A stretch of 60,952 nucleotides of DNA from a virus (lineage: Duplodnaviria > Caudoviricetes): IMG/VR virus record IMGVR_UViG_3300025569_000021, positions 1 through 60,952 of that record; one strand, given 5' to 3'. Below are positions 47,401 through 58,233 of this stretch, one piece after another. Under the pieces are notes generated by a model that saw only the letters and a list, made by a program, of their open reading frames with translations, did not search any database and was not told where the DNA came from. Position numbers and translations under genes: made by a program. Numbering within the stretch: the stretch's first letter is position 1; every line of letters begins with the position of its first letter.

Positions 47401-48021
47401 CTGGAGGCTTTTGAGTGGCATTCGAGCCAAGACGAGTCAGAGTCGGCGATACCATCGCGCTCGGCACGAAGATCTATTGGTATAGGGGCCGAGCCGGTCT
47501 GAAGCTGCCGCTCCGTGGCGAAGTGGTCCTCATCGTGCCTACCGATACGTTTCCCTGGGAGATGCCCGAGTGGGAGGCCCTCCGGCGCGACACGCGCGAC
47601 TGTGTTGGCAAGGTGGGTCACGAGCGGCGTCCGGTCGAGAGTTACGTCATTCTCTGTCCAGCCAGGGCGAGGGTGTGGAAGCAGAGGCTGTACTGGCCGA
47701 TGGTGTACTGGCTGATGTATGAGTAGTGGTAATTCAAGCGCATTGGCGTTTTTGCTGGGTTGACAAGGCCATTGTCTGGTGTTAAAGGTAGTGAATTACG
47801 CCACATTGTTTTGTGACTCGAAGCGATGAAAGCCGAAAGATGTTCACGTCCCCGCCCGCCGCCCCGACGCTGACGCGTGAGGAGCTGGAGGCGCTACAAG
47901 CCGCGCTACAAGCGTCTCTAAGCTACTTCGACGCGGCCATGATGTGCGGAAACGATCTAAGCGAGCTTGCCGAACCGGTGCGCCATGCCCTCTCCCTCCT
48001 CACCCGCGCCCTGGAGCCGAA

Positions 48022-49215
48022 ATGAACCGCACTCCCGCCGAAATCCTCGCCAACGTCAGAACCGAGCTAGGCCGAATGATCGACATGCTCCAGCTTCACG
48101 ACATCGGCCGCAAGCGAGCCGCCGCCATCTTAGCCCGAGACGTGTATCAGCCGCTCGTGGCGATTGCCGAATCGGCGGACGGCCTGCTCGAGCCGGAAGG
48201 AGCGGGGCGGGAGGCGCAAGTGCAGGCCCAACATGACGAAACGGGCCGGATGTGGGATGGCCCACGGAAAGACATCCCCCCAGGCTTCTCTGAGATCCCC
48301 GCCCCGCCCGCAGTCCCGGCTCCGGCGAAGGTGGAGGCGATCCCATCTGTGGTCAAGTCCACCGAGACGCGCCGATGGAAACGACTCAGGGGAACCACTG
48401 GCGCAATCTGCTACACGACCGTGTATGGCCACACCAGAGCGTTCCATCACCCTGACGCTTGTGTTTGCCAAGGCACTGACCCGGTTCCTCATTGTCATCG
48501 GGACGAGCCTGACACGCACCCGTGTGCACGCTGCTCCGAGTGTAAAGAGTACCGCCCGAAGTTTCCGGATCTCGTCGGCCTGCTCGAGCCGGAGGGCGAG
48601 GGGCGGGCGTGCCTCGAGCGAGGGCCTAATGGGTACAGGTGCACACGCCCGCCAGCACACCAAGGCAACCATGTTGCTCGTAACACGCTCGGCGAAATAT
48701 GCGAAAGCTGGACCCCCGCCTCGCCCGCAGCCCCGGCCGCGGCGCCACTCAGCCTGATGGACGAAATCAACCAGAGGATGGCCGCCCCCGCGAGCGACGG
48801 GGAGGCGCAGCAAGTGACGCTCGAAGACCTCATCAGCGAAATCAATCAACCGATGTGGCGCGCTGCTGCGTTAGCCAGGCTTGATGATTTGCGTGAACTC
48901 GCCGCCTCGCGTGCCGCCTCGCTGCGTGCGGAGATCGAGCGGCTGAAGCGGGAACGAGCGCGATTAGGCGCCGAGATTGAACGCCTCGACACCGCACTAG
49001 CCGCCCGCGCCGAGCCGGAGGTCGACCGGGAGGCCAGAGGCGTTCTGGAACGGCTCTTGGGCTGGCTCCCACTGGTATCGACTCGCTTGATTCAACACGG
49101 CGGTGGAACGATGTCATGCCAGTCCGAAGCCGATGACTTTGCGCGCTGGATTCGTGGATACCTCGCCAGAGCAGAGGACGCCGACCGCGCCGCCCGGAAG
49201 CGGGGTGAAGCATGA
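48022..49215 (+). CDS. Mosaic Cys/His-rich hypothetical protein with an internal repeat
   Basis: GLLEPEG.GR occurs twice; several small Cys/His modules. Confidence 0.6.
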   Translation: MNRTPAEILANVRTELGRMIDMLQLHDIGRKRAAAILARDVYQPLVAIAESADGLLEPEGAGREAQVQAQHDETGRMWDGPRKDIPPGFSEIPAPPAVPAPAKVEAIPSVVKSTETRRWKRLRGTTGAICYTTVYGHTRAFHHPDACVCQGTDPVPHCHRDEPDTHPCARCSECKEYRPKFPDLVGLLEPEGEGRACLERGPNGYRCTRPPAHQGNHVARNTLGEICESWTPASPAAPAAAPLSLMDEINQRMAAPASDGEAQQVTLEDLISEINQPMWRAAALARLDDLRELAASRAASLRAEIERLKRERARLGAEIERLDTALAARAEPEVDREARGVLERLLGWLPLVSTRLIQHGGGTMSCQSEADDFARWIRGYLARAEDADRAARKRGEA

Positions 49216-49890
49216 GCCAGGAACAGATAAGCATGCGCGCGAGAGACCATCGTATCCGCTTAGCCGGGGTTCTCGATTCTGAACTCACGAAGCGGGACAG
49301 GTCAATCGAGCATGTCTTGTCATGGGACGAAATACAGGACATTGCCGAAGCTGTCGCGAAGGCTGACCGTGAGGCGACATCCGCCGATTGGGTTGAACTT
49401 CAGAAGCGCGACCCCGACATAACGTCTTATTTGTTTGAGTGCACGCATGCCCTGGAAGACTTCACGCGTGCTGAACTCAAAGCGCTCGGCAACGTGAAAA
49501 CCGCCCTCTCCGCCGCCCGGCAAGCAGGCTTTCGGGAGGGAGTCGAGGCGGCGGTCAACTTCATCGGCGACGCGAAAGACTTGGGTATGACGCGCCAAGA
49601 GACAATCGCAGCCCTCGCCGCGAACCCAGGAGAGACGAAGTGAGTCAGACACTTTGCTCGGACTGTGCCCAGCCAATCGATTCCGACGCCTATCAACACG
49701 CAAGCGGCTGCCCTCGGGACCAACTCGCCGCCATCCGCGCCTCCTGGCTCGCCTTCGACGCCAACAAGAACATCGTCTGGCGCATGGTGATCAACATGGC
49801 CGCAACCGACGCAGTAGCCGCCAATCACCTGTGCAAGCTGCTCGAGGCGCTGAAAGAGGCATTCCCCCACCCCGCCACAGGAGGCGCCGC

Positions 49891-50739
49891 GTGACCCCAG
49901 ATCAACTCATTGATTACGTGAGCCGCAACGAGAGCGGCGGCGACTATTCAGCTTGGAATCCCGACGACAACGGCCACGGCGTCTCCTTCGGCCTGATTCA
50001 GTTCAATCAGCGAGCCGGCAGCCTGCCGGAACTCTTGCGCCGGATGTACGAAGCGGATCCGAAAGCCTTCAACGCCTGCTTCGGCTCCGCGGTCGCCGAC
50101 CTGCTCGACTCTAAATGGGTCCGCTCTCACGACCTCTCCGGCCCCGACTGGGACTGGCGCTTCAAGCTGGCCGGCGCCGTCCCCGCCTTCCAACAAGCCC
50201 AGCGCGACCTCGCCCGAGAGGGGTATCTGGAGCCGGCGTGGAAGGCGTGTCAGGCGGTGGGGCTCACGTCAGAGCGCGCCGTTGCGATGGCTTTCGATGC
50301 GGCTGTTCAGCACGGGCTCGGATGGACGCGGAAGGCGCTAGCACGAGCCGATCTGCGATGGGAAGAATCGATGGCCAAGTCGGCATGGTCAATGACGAGA
50401 GACGCCATCTTCGCCGAGCTGGCCGACAAGGGTCTTGGCAACGATAACGGCCGCCGCCACAAGATCCTCCGCGACCCCGAGCTAAGCGACGCGCCGTGGC
50501 GGATGGAAGGGGCAAGGCCAGTGCTGAAACGCGGCGCGACGGGGCCGGAGGTAAAGCGCCTGCAAGAGCTGCTCAACAAGGCGCTGGCGCTGAGGGTTGA
50601 CGGTGAGTTCGGGCCACGCACATCCGAGGCGCTATCCGACTTCATAGCGCGCGTTTCGCCCGACCGGCAGTGGTACACCATCGAAACCACGCCCGAGGTC
50701 TGGGCCGCGCTGGAGAAGGCGGCAGAGGTGAAGCCGTGA
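49891..50739 (+). CDS. Endolysin: lysozyme-like catalytic domain + peptidoglycan-binding domain
   Basis: NESGG.Y..N..D.G.GVSFG.IQF; FDAAVQHG; LKRGATGPEVKRLQ.LL..VDG.FGPRT. Confidence 0.85.
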   Translation: MTPDQLIDYVSRNESGGDYSAWNPDDNGHGVSFGLIQFNQRAGSLPELLRRMYEADPKAFNACFGSAVADLLDSKWVRSHDLSGPDWDWRFKLAGAVPAFQQAQRDLAREGYLEPAWKACQAVGLTSERAVAMAFDAAVQHGLGWTRKALARADLRWEESMAKSAWSMTRDAIFAELADKGLGNDNGRRHKILRDPELSDAPWRMEGARPVLKRGATGPEVKRLQELLNKALALRVDGEFGPRTSEALSDFIARVSPDRQWYTIETTPEVWAALEKAAEVKP

Positions 50740-50835
50740 GCGAACTATGCCGCACCCGCAATTGTCCGAATCGAGAGAACTACTTTCGCCTCTGCGCCTG
50801 GCTCGGCTGCGACGCGGGCGATTTCGCGAGGACAA

Positions 50836-52119
50836 ATGTATGAACTCGCCCTATTCGCCGGTGCCGGTGGTGGATGCCTCGCCTCGAGACTCCTCGGACA
50901 CCGCGTCGTCGGTTACGTCGAAAACGAGCCGTACGCGCAAGAAGTCCTCCAAGCGCGAATCGCCGACGGTTGTCTGGACGCCGCCCCTATCTTCGGAGAC
51001 ATCCGCGCTTTCGTCCGATACGGATGGGCGGAACGCTACCGCGGCCGCGTGGATCTCGTGTCTGGAGGATTCCCCTGCCAAGACATCTCAAACGCCGGGA
51101 AGCGAGCCGGAATCAGCGGCGAGCGTAGCGGCCTCTGGAAAGCCATGCGGGACACCGTGGGCCTGGTTCGACCCCGATTCGAGTTCATTGAAAACGTCTC
51201 AGCTCTCATTGCTCGAGGACTCGATGTTGTCCTCGCCGACCTTGCCGCGCTCGGGTTTGATGCGACGTGGGACCTGTTTCGAGCTTCCGACGTGGGCGCG
51301 CCGCACCGACGCGAGCGAGTGTTTATCTTGGCCGACGCCGGATACGAGCCCGGAAGCGCCGAACAGCGGCAGCAATCGGACGAATGGGCCGAAGAGTTTG
51401 GGGCTAGCGGCGCAAGCGTGGCCGACGCCAAAAGCCTCCGACATCGACCGGCGCGATTGTCCAAGCGAGCGAGATCGACGGTCGCCGTTCCTGCCGTCAA
51501 TGGCGATCCTCTGGTCAACTCCCCGCAGCTCGGACGGCGAGAAGGGCGGCCCGAATCAGAGCTTTGGAGCGGGCGGCAGGCCGCTACCGAGTCAGGCGGC
51601 CCAGTGGCCGACGCCGACGCTGAAGGGCGATCACAACCGCAAGGGAGCTTCAACGAGCAGCGGCGACGGACTCGCAACAGCCGTAGCCCAGTGGCCGACG
51701 CCATCAGCCCAGACCTACGGCACGAACCAGGGCGGCGCAATGGGCAGAACCGGCCCGATACAGCCGAGTCTCGAGACGCTTTCGAAGACGTGGCCCAGTC
51801 CCTCGGCGCGATCTGGCAAGGGGCACAGCGAAGCGCAAGTCCAGCGGGTTCTATCCGGCGAACAAGGCGAGAGAGCGGCGGGAGCTTGCAGGTTGGAGCT
51901 GTCGGCAGCGCTGTGGCCGCAACCTGGCCGCCCGGCCCAGGAGACGCCTCTGGCTGGCAAGCCTACATCCGAGCGGGTGGTCCTGAGCCCGCGATTCGTC
52001 GAGGCGCTGATGGGCTTTCCAGACGGATTCACCGATTGCGAGCACTCGGGAATGCTCAAGTACCAGTCGTGGCGGCTCTCGCATTCCTCACTCTTAAATC
52101 GCGTCTTGACGGAGCGTGA
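50836..52119 (+). CDS. DNA cytosine-5 methyltransferase, alpha polypeptide (motifs I-VIII and X)
   Basis: LFAGAGG, GGFPCQDIS, FIENV, PHRRERVFI, RLRALGNA. Confidence 0.92.
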   Translation: MYELALFAGAGGGCLASRLLGHRVVGYVENEPYAQEVLQARIADGCLDAAPIFGDIRAFVRYGWAERYRGRVDLVSGGFPCQDISNAGKRAGISGERSGLWKAMRDTVGLVRPRFEFIENVSALIARGLDVVLADLAALGFDATWDLFRASDVGAPHRRERVFILADAGYEPGSAEQRQQSDEWAEEFGASGASVADAKSLRHRPARLSKRARSTVAVPAVNGDPLVNSPQLGRREGRPESELWSGRQAATESGGPVADADAEGRSQPQGSFNEQRRRTRNSRSPVADAISPDLRHEPGRRNGQNRPDTAESRDAFEDVAQSLGAIWQGAQRSASPAGSIRRTRRESGGSLQVGAVGSAVAATWPPGPGDASGWQAYIRAGGPEPAIRRGADGLSRRIHRLRALGNAQVPVVAALAFLTLKSRLDGA

Positions 52120-52126
52120 ACTGTGA
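50840..52126 (+). CDS. Overlapping alternative-frame beta polypeptide of the C5 MTase (WPTP repeats, motif IX); start uncertain
   Basis: Frame is stop-free over the whole alpha gene; six W[PS][TS]P repeats; LSPRFVEALMGFPDGFT. Confidence 0.75.
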   Translation: MNSPYSPVPVVDASPRDSSDTASSVTSKTSRTRKKSSKRESPTVVWTPPLSSETSALSSDTDGRNATAAAWISCLEDSPAKTSQTPGSEPESAASVAASGKPCGTPWAWFDPDSSSLKTSQLSLLEDSMLSSPTLPRSGLMRRGTCFELPTWARRTDASECLSWPTPDTSPEAPNSGSNRTNGPKSLGLAAQAWPTPKASDIDRRDCPSERDRRSPFLPSMAILWSTPRSSDGEKGGPNQSFGAGGRPLPSQAAQWPTPTLKGDHNRKGASTSSGDGLATAVAQWPTPSAQTYGTNQGGAMGRTGPIQPSLETLSKTWPSPSARSGKGHSEAQVQRVLSGEQGERAAGACRLELSAALWPQPGRPAQETPLAGKPTSERVVLSPRFVEALMGFPDGFTDCEHSGMLKYQSWRLSHSSLLNRVLTEREL

Positions 52127-52294
52127 TCTCCCCCGCCCGAGTCCGAGCCAAGCGACGCCGACATCACCCGCTGGGAACGGCAGCCGGTGCCAGGCGCGAC
52201 GCGGGGGCGGCGGGAGACTTGGAGACGGGCATCCCAACGGAGACAACTATCTGAGAGTGGCAACGTGGTTGGCGAAACGATTGGAGGAAAACTG

Positions 52295-52654
52295 ATGGGA
52301 ATGGTGATTGTCAATCCCGGAACTGGCCCGGTCGTGGATGCAAATGAGGAGGACGCTCTAGTGAACGTGAAGCGCCTGCTATCCGACACAGGCCACAGCG
52401 ACGCCAAGATCAAGCGCAAGCCCCAACTCGACTACGGAGAAGGCCGCTTTGCATTCGTAGTCAAGAAGAACGGCCGCAAGCGCGAGATCCAGATGCCGGG
52501 GCTGCCACTTGATCTGGTTCGCTACACTGGCGAAAACGGACAGAATATTTGGAACTTCCCGCGCCTGTATCTCGACGATTCTAGTTGGGTCTGGAAGTTC
52601 GCCGCCAATATTCTCGCAAACGAAGGCTTCGCCGCCGAAAAGGAAGAGCAGTGA
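52295..52654 (+). CDS. Hypothetical phage protein
   Basis: SD GGAGG; MPGLPL..VRY..FPRLY.D.SSW.W. Confidence 0.65.
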   Translation: MGMVIVNPGTGPVVDANEEDALVNVKRLLSDTGHSDAKIKRKPQLDYGEGRFAFVVKKNGRKREIQMPGLPLDLVRYTGENGQNIWNFPRLYLDDSSWVWKFAANILANEGFAAEKEEQ

Positions 52655-53637
52655 CCCCCCGCGCCCCCGCGCCGTCGCCGAGGGAGGTGGACGCCGTGAC
52701 GTACAAGGCGGCCAAAATGTGTGGACCTGACATCCCATCACCAACCCCCGCCGACCTCGATCTGGACCTGAGCCAGGCTTACGCGCGAGCGGAGGCGGCG
52801 ACGGCCGGGCCGTGGCTGACGTGGCGAAAAGGCTCGCCTGAACCTGAAGGCGTGATCGGCATCTACCGGATCGCAGCGTCAGGCCCGTATCAGCAACACT
52901 GGATCATCGCACCAAACGGCGCGTGCATTAACGGCCCGGAATGGCAAGCCAATTGGGAATCCATAGCCGCCGCCCGCCTCGATCTCCCCGCCGCGATCCG
53001 GCTCTCCGAGCACTGGAAGACGACGGCGACCAAGCTAGCGGTAGCGGTCAGCGACTACGAGGCCGCCGGCTCCCGGCTACGGGAGCGGATCAAGGAATTG
53101 GAATCGAATGTCTTCAGTCTCCAGCAAATCGTCACGACGCACGATCTATGCCATAATCTCCATGGCGCGGTCGATGCTCAGGCGTTCGCGGATGGGTGTG
53201 CCAATGAGCAGCGGAAGCACTTCGGGTGCGCGCCTGATGCGGATGAAGTCGAACGGTTGCAACAGCGGTGCTGGGAGATGGAGGACAAGCTCGGCTGATG
53301 CTCCTGAACTGCAAATTTGGCTTCGTCGAGGTAGTCATCGGCGACTCGTTCCAGTTCGGGCGGTCCCGCTGGCGAGTTGAGAACTTCGACCTCGAGTACG
53401 TGTTTCCGACAAAGCAGGCGCCTGCCGGGACTGTCGCGGTGCTCTGCTCCATCATCGAGGGGGAGCCACGGGCGGATGTGGTCTCCAAGATGCGCGAGAC
53501 CGAGGATGGCAACGTGCTGTTCTTGTCAGGGTGCAGCGTAGCGGCCTTGTGCTATCTCGACTGGGCGCGGGAGTTTGAACTCACGAATATGGCAGGACAA
53601 CCACCTCAAGGGTAAGGGAGTCATGCGCGATCCACCG

Positions 53638-53666
53638 GGGCGCAACCTTGCGCCCTGTTTGTTTTT
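53638..53666 (+). terminator. Intrinsic terminator before the packaging genes
   Basis: GGGCGCA/TGCGCCC stem followed by TGTTTGTTTTT. Confidence 0.6.
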
Positions 53667-53722
53667 CCCTTGGCGTAACAGTAGGATCTAGGCCAAATTA
53701 CGCGCGGCCGAGGGATCCTAGA

Positions 53723-55579
53723 GTGACCCTTCTTCTCACTGATCGTCTCCAGCAATCTGAGATGGCCCGGCAGGCTCGCCAGAAGGCCATCGTCGATCAG
53801 GTCGAGTGGGCCAGGGCCTACCGGACGCTGGAAAAGCAAGGTCGCGGCAGAGCCTACGATTACGAGTATCTGTGGCCTTGGGTTCCGATGCTTCGCGCCA
53901 AGCACAGGCGCAAGTTCATCTTCAAGAGCCGCAAGGTCTCCTTCACGGAGCAGGGCATCAATTGGCTCCTCTGGCGTCTTGATGCTTTCCCAGGCACGAA
54001 TGCTGCCTACATCCGCGAGACCCAGAAGCGCGCGAACCACATGATGCGCACGCGCATCGGTGAGGCGATCAAGGATCCGCGTAATCCGATGAAGGATCGC
54101 CTGGTCTACGACGAGATCGAGAACAAGGTCTTCCGCCCCGGGAGCCCGCTCTCTACTCGAAACCAGATCCTCTCGGCTTACGGCACGAAGATCGGTCAAC
54201 TGAACCAGCAGGCTGGAGACAAGGTCCGCGGCGACACACTGGAATCCATCTTCTACGATGAACGCCAACTCCAGCAGTGGAACATGGAAGGCGTCGTCGC
54301 CAGCTCGGTCCCGCTCGATGCACTCCTGCATACGCTCACGGGAGGAACTCCGACTGTCAGCGGCAACATCCTCGGGGTGCTCTGGGAGAGAAGCAGCCAG
54401 CACAAGCTCCTCTTTGAGTGCTGGAACTGCAGCACACCTCGGTCCAGGTGGTGGCAGGAACTGACGATCGACTCCATCCACAACATGGACAAGCCGGATA
54501 CGGCCTTCGTCGGATGCCAGCGCTGTCATGTGAGTCTGGAGTGGATGCGTGGCAAGTACGGGACGATCTATCACCCTGAGAACGGCCGCGTCGGGCGAGT
54601 CGAGTGGGTGCCGCAGCGCCTGTACGGACATGGCGACCCGAGAGAAGGCCAAGCGTTCACGCAGCAGTACCTGGGCTTTCGCATCGACCGGCTTTGCATC
54701 GCGCTCAGCCCGCCCGATGAGCCCTATTTCAGCCGACCCGAGATGGCGACGCGCTACCTGCTGGAGGACTGGAACGACCCAGTCCGGTCGAGACGTGAGA
54801 AGCTCAACGAGATCTTCGGCCTGGAGTACGAGGGGCCGGACGCTCCTTTCTCGCTCGGACGCATGATGCGCTGCGTCATCCCGGAGCTTTCGCTCGACAG
54901 CGCCCGCCGCGAGAGATACTTGGCGCGGATCCTCACTTACGACTGGGGCGTCGAGACGACCTGGAACGTCTGGGGCTTGGCTCCGGACCTACGGATGGTC
55001 CTCATGGGCTTCGGGAAAATCGAAGGCGATCAGCGGTTCCATGGCGAGGAGTTGGTCAAGGTCGGCAAGCAGTATGCAGTGGCCTGGGCAGTCGGTGATA
55101 AGGGGCACAGCCTGAATCGCGAGCATGCTCTCGTCGAGGTCTGGCGCCGAAAGGCTGTCTCCATCTTCTACGCGACTCACGAGAAGCGGTCACTCCGTCC
55201 GAAGAAAAGAATGGTATGGTTCCAGGGTGAGAACGTGGTCGTCGCTGATCGCAACTTCCTGATTGAGAATCTTCAGGAAGAGGTGGCGAAGGGGAAGAAT
55301 GGGGTGATCATTCCCGGGCGCGACGTTGAGGCGGTGCGACTCATGCTCACCGAGTACGCGCATGTGACGTTCGGAGCGGATCAAGATCCACGGGAGCTTG
55401 GCTTTGAGATGGAGATCAAGCAAGAACAGACCAAGTGGGTGAAGTCAGGAGCTGACCATCATCTCCACTGTGCCGTCTACGCCAGAGCGGCAATCCTCAT
55501 GCATCGCCGCTCGAATGCGATCGGCTACCGAGGTCGTCGCGGGGCGCGCGGCCTGACTCTGATGGAAGACGAGGAGTGA
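53723..55579 (+). CDS. terL: Terminase large subunit (GpA-like); start may be ATG 53762
   Basis: KSRKVSFTE Walker-A-like, VRG..IFYDE Walker B, GGTP, CWNC..CQRC, N..FGL.Y, YDWG, ADHHLH nuclease motifs; directly precedes the portal. Confidence 0.85.
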   Translation: MTLLLTDRLQQSEMARQARQKAIVDQVEWARAYRTLEKQGRGRAYDYEYLWPWVPMLRAKHRRKFIFKSRKVSFTEQGINWLLWRLDAFPGTNAAYIRETQKRANHMMRTRIGEAIKDPRNPMKDRLVYDEIENKVFRPGSPLSTRNQILSAYGTKIGQLNQQAGDKVRGDTLESIFYDERQLQQWNMEGVVASSVPLDALLHTLTGGTPTVSGNILGVLWERSSQHKLLFECWNCSTPRSRWWQELTIDSIHNMDKPDTAFVGCQRCHVSLEWMRGKYGTIYHPENGRVGRVEWVPQRLYGHGDPREGQAFTQQYLGFRIDRLCIALSPPDEPYFSRPEMATRYLLEDWNDPVRSRREKLNEIFGLEYEGPDAPFSLGRMMRCVIPELSLDSARRERYLARILTYDWGVETTWNVWGLAPDLRMVLMGFGKIEGDQRFHGEELVKVGKQYAVAWAVGDKGHSLNREHALVEVWRRKAVSIFYATHEKRSLRPKKRMVWFQGENVVVADRNFLIENLQEEVAKGKNGVIIPGRDVEAVRLMLTEYAHVTFGADQDPRELGFEMEIKQEQTKWVKSGADHHLHCAVYARAAILMHRRSNAIGYRGRRGARGLTLMEDEE

Positions 55580-55582
55580 AAA

Positions 55583-57601
55583 ATGCGCCGACTTGAATCC
55601 GAGGTCGAGTTGCCCACTGGGCTGATTGTCCCAAGGCACATCTTGGAAGAACGCGAGCGGCACATCGAGGAGCTTCGCCAGAAGGCGGATATGTACAAGG
55701 CTCTGGCCGTGCAAGGCGCGAAGGAAGAAAGCCGCGCCGCGCGCAAGGAGCAGGCCGAAGCGACGCTCATGACTCGGCGCCGGAGGATGGCGAATCGCGG
55801 ACGGCGCTCGCATGTCGTGCAGCCGTATCAGGCCTACGACGTGTACCTGGGCTACGACAAGCCGCGCTTCCCCACGCAAGAGGCGCTTCGCGCGGTAGCC
55901 GACCGGTCGGTGACGGTCATCGGAGCGCTGCAGCGCCGGAACATCCAGCAAAGGAACCTTCTCAGACGCGCGAGACGTGATGTTCCGCGAGTCCTCGGCT
56001 GGAACATCGTGCACGAGGACTTCGGCAAGCCCGGCTTCAAGATGTCAAAGGCGCAAGAGGAGCGAGCGGACGAGATCGCCGAGATGCTGGAGACGCCTCA
56101 CGAGAGCGAGCCATCCTTAGAGGAGTTTCTGAGCAAGACGCTCCGGGACTACCTCGTGATCGACCGAGTCGCGGTGGAACTCATTCCGAGCCGGTTGGCC
56201 GAGATTGCTCCTGGAGTGAAGAAAGACTCGATCGTCGGATTCTGCGCGACGGACGGAGCCACCATCAAGCCGATCCTAGAGGTCGCGCTCCGCTGGGTGA
56301 CGGTGGAGGCGCACAGACGCGATCAGGTCTTCAATCCACAGCAGGCTGAGCGCGCGTTCATGGTCGACATGCGCGACAAGTACGGCATCGACGCCACCAA
56401 CAAAGCCTACGTTCAGATGATCGATGGCGTTCCGTTCGCCGCGTTCTCGGATGATGAGATGATCGTGCAGGTCACTTCACCACGATCTGACATCGGTAGC
56501 TACGGGTACGGCGAGTCTCCGACTGAAAAGGCTATCTGGGCAACAATGGCTGACATGCAGACCTGGGCGTATCAGGTCAACAACTTCAGTGAAGCACTTC
56601 CCGAGATCCTGCTTTGCGTGGCCGGTGCGGTGGATGAGAACATCATCGCCGACGTTGAAGATCAGATGGTCGAGCTTGCCACTGGAGTCAGGAACAATCG
56701 CCGCATTCCAATGATCCAAGTCGAAGAAAAGGGCGGCATTCAGTCGATTGAACTCAGGAAGAGCTTGGCTGATATGGGCTTCGATGAATGGCAGACACGC
56801 ACAAGCTCGATTGCTCTTGCCTGCTTCGGGATGCATCCATACGAAGTCAACATGAGCACTCAGCCAAACGGCCAGTCAACGCTACAAGAGGCCAACAAAG
56901 ACACAGAGATCGAGTTGCACTCGCCCGGGTTCATGATGGTCCTTCACGATCAAGAGCGTCTGATGACACGAATCATCAGGAAGAAGGACCCGGAGTACCG
57001 GTGGCACTGGTTCGGCGTTGATGGGCTCTATGACAGCCAGAGCAAGGAAGAGCATGATATCCTTGCCGGGCGCACGAAGAGCTATGGCTCAGTGAATCAT
57101 ACGCGCGAGCAGCTTGGGATTGAGCCGCTCTTGGTGAAGACGTTCAAGGATCTCGGGAACTCGAAGGAACTGTCCGTCCAGCTTGCGACGCTCGCGATCA
57201 TTCCGTCGGATATGCATCAGCACGCGAGCGTGCTCCTCAATTCCGACCGTCAGCTTCGTCAGGAAGAGAAGCTCGAGGCTCAGCAGGCAGCGCAGGGTGG
57301 GCCGGGCGGCCCAGGCGGCGGGCCTCCGGGTCAAAACGGAGGTGGCGGTGGGCAGCCGCCTGGACAGAGCGGTGAAGAGGATCAGGGGCAAGGCCAAAGC
57401 CTGACTGACGATCCAGAGTTGAATCAGATCCTGCAGGGGATCGATCTTGGAGAGGGCGGAGATAAGGAGGCTGCGCCTTCTGCCAAGAAGAAGCCAGCGG
57501 GCAAGCCGGAGCCCGGAGCCGGGAAGCCGGAACCCAAGAAGCCAGCGCCAAAGCCAATGAAAAAGTCCTGGGACGACGTGATCCACATCAGGATTGATTG
57601 A
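55583..57601 (+). CDS. Portal protein
   Basis: RDYLVID.VA.E, DGATIK, YVQ..DG, YGYG.SP.E, DM.F..W..FGMHP.E, VN..R..LG.EP. Confidence 0.85.
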   Translation: MRRLESEVELPTGLIVPRHILEERERHIEELRQKADMYKALAVQGAKEESRAARKEQAEATLMTRRRRMANRGRRSHVVQPYQAYDVYLGYDKPRFPTQEALRAVADRSVTVIGALQRRNIQQRNLLRRARRDVPRVLGWNIVHEDFGKPGFKMSKAQEERADEIAEMLETPHESEPSLEEFLSKTLRDYLVIDRVAVELIPSRLAEIAPGVKKDSIVGFCATDGATIKPILEVALRWVTVEAHRRDQVFNPQQAERAFMVDMRDKYGIDATNKAYVQMIDGVPFAAFSDDEMIVQVTSPRSDIGSYGYGESPTEKAIWATMADMQTWAYQVNNFSEALPEILLCVAGAVDENIIADVEDQMVELATGVRNNRRIPMIQVEEKGGIQSIELRKSLADMGFDEWQTRTSSIALACFGMHPYEVNMSTQPNGQSTLQEANKDTEIELHSPGFMMVLHDQERLMTRIIRKKDPEYRWHWFGVDGLYDSQSKEEHDILAGRTKSYGSVNHTREQLGIEPLLVKTFKDLGNSKELSVQLATLAIIPSDMHQHASVLLNSDRQLRQEEKLEAQQAAQGGPGGPGGGPPGQNGGGGGQPPGQSGEEDQGQGQSLTDDPELNQILQGIDLGEGGDKEAAPSAKKKPAGKPEPGAGKPEPKKPAPKPMKKSWDDVIHIRID

Positions 57602-57957
57602 TGCGAAACCATTTGATGGTTGAGCTACTCACCCTGGCAGCGCTCGGCGCGTTCGGCTTGTTCGGGATCTGGATGTTTGTACCACCCGAGCACCAAGCGT
57701 CGCTGATGGCCGCGTCCTTGCCGATCATGATGACGTTCGTGATCTGGGTGAAGTCCGATGGCCTTGTGAAGCGGGTTGACGAGATGCACATCAAGGTCAA
57801 TGGCGGACTGACGGAATTGTTGCAGATCCAGGGAGAGATTCACGAGGCGTTAGGGCACGCGAGGGGGTTTGCTGCCGGCCGCGAAGCACAGCGGATCGAG
57901 ATGGAAGCCGCGACGAAAACGATCTACACGGAAAAGCCGCAACCGAGGGAGGACTGA
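57598..57957 (+). CDS. Membrane protein, two TM helices (holin-like)
   Basis: Two hydrophobic segments followed by H.KVNG.L. Confidence 0.55.
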   Translation: MMRNHLMVELLTLAALGAFGLFGIWMFVPPEHQASLMAASLPIMMTFVIWVKSDGLVKRVDEMHIKVNGGLTELLQIQGEIHEALGHARGFAAGREAQRIEMEAATKTIYTEKPQPRED

Positions 57958-58233
57958 ATGGACACTCTCATTTTCCTGGCCGCTGGTGCTCTCGGCGCGG
58001 CGCTGCGAGCGCTTGCTGCCAATGACCAGGACACGTTCTCACGAAAAAGCATCGTTGATGTTGTCGTTGGCGCATTGGCGGGCGTGCTCTATCCGGTGTT
58101 TCCGGTGATGGCGCTGCCGACCGATGCGAGCGTCTGGCAGCAAGCCGCGCTTGTCGCGCTTGTAGGCTACGTGGGAGCGTCGATCGCCCAAAACACCATT
58201 GGCCGGATTCAGGGCGAGAAAGCTTCGCCATGA
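57958..58233 (+). CDS. Holin-like three-TM membrane protein
   Basis: Three hydrophobic segments in 91 aa. Confidence 0.6.
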   Translation: MDTLIFLAAGALGAALRALAANDQDTFSRKSIVDVVVGALAGVLYPVFPVMALPTDASVWQQAALVALVGYVGASIAQNTIGRIQGEKASP

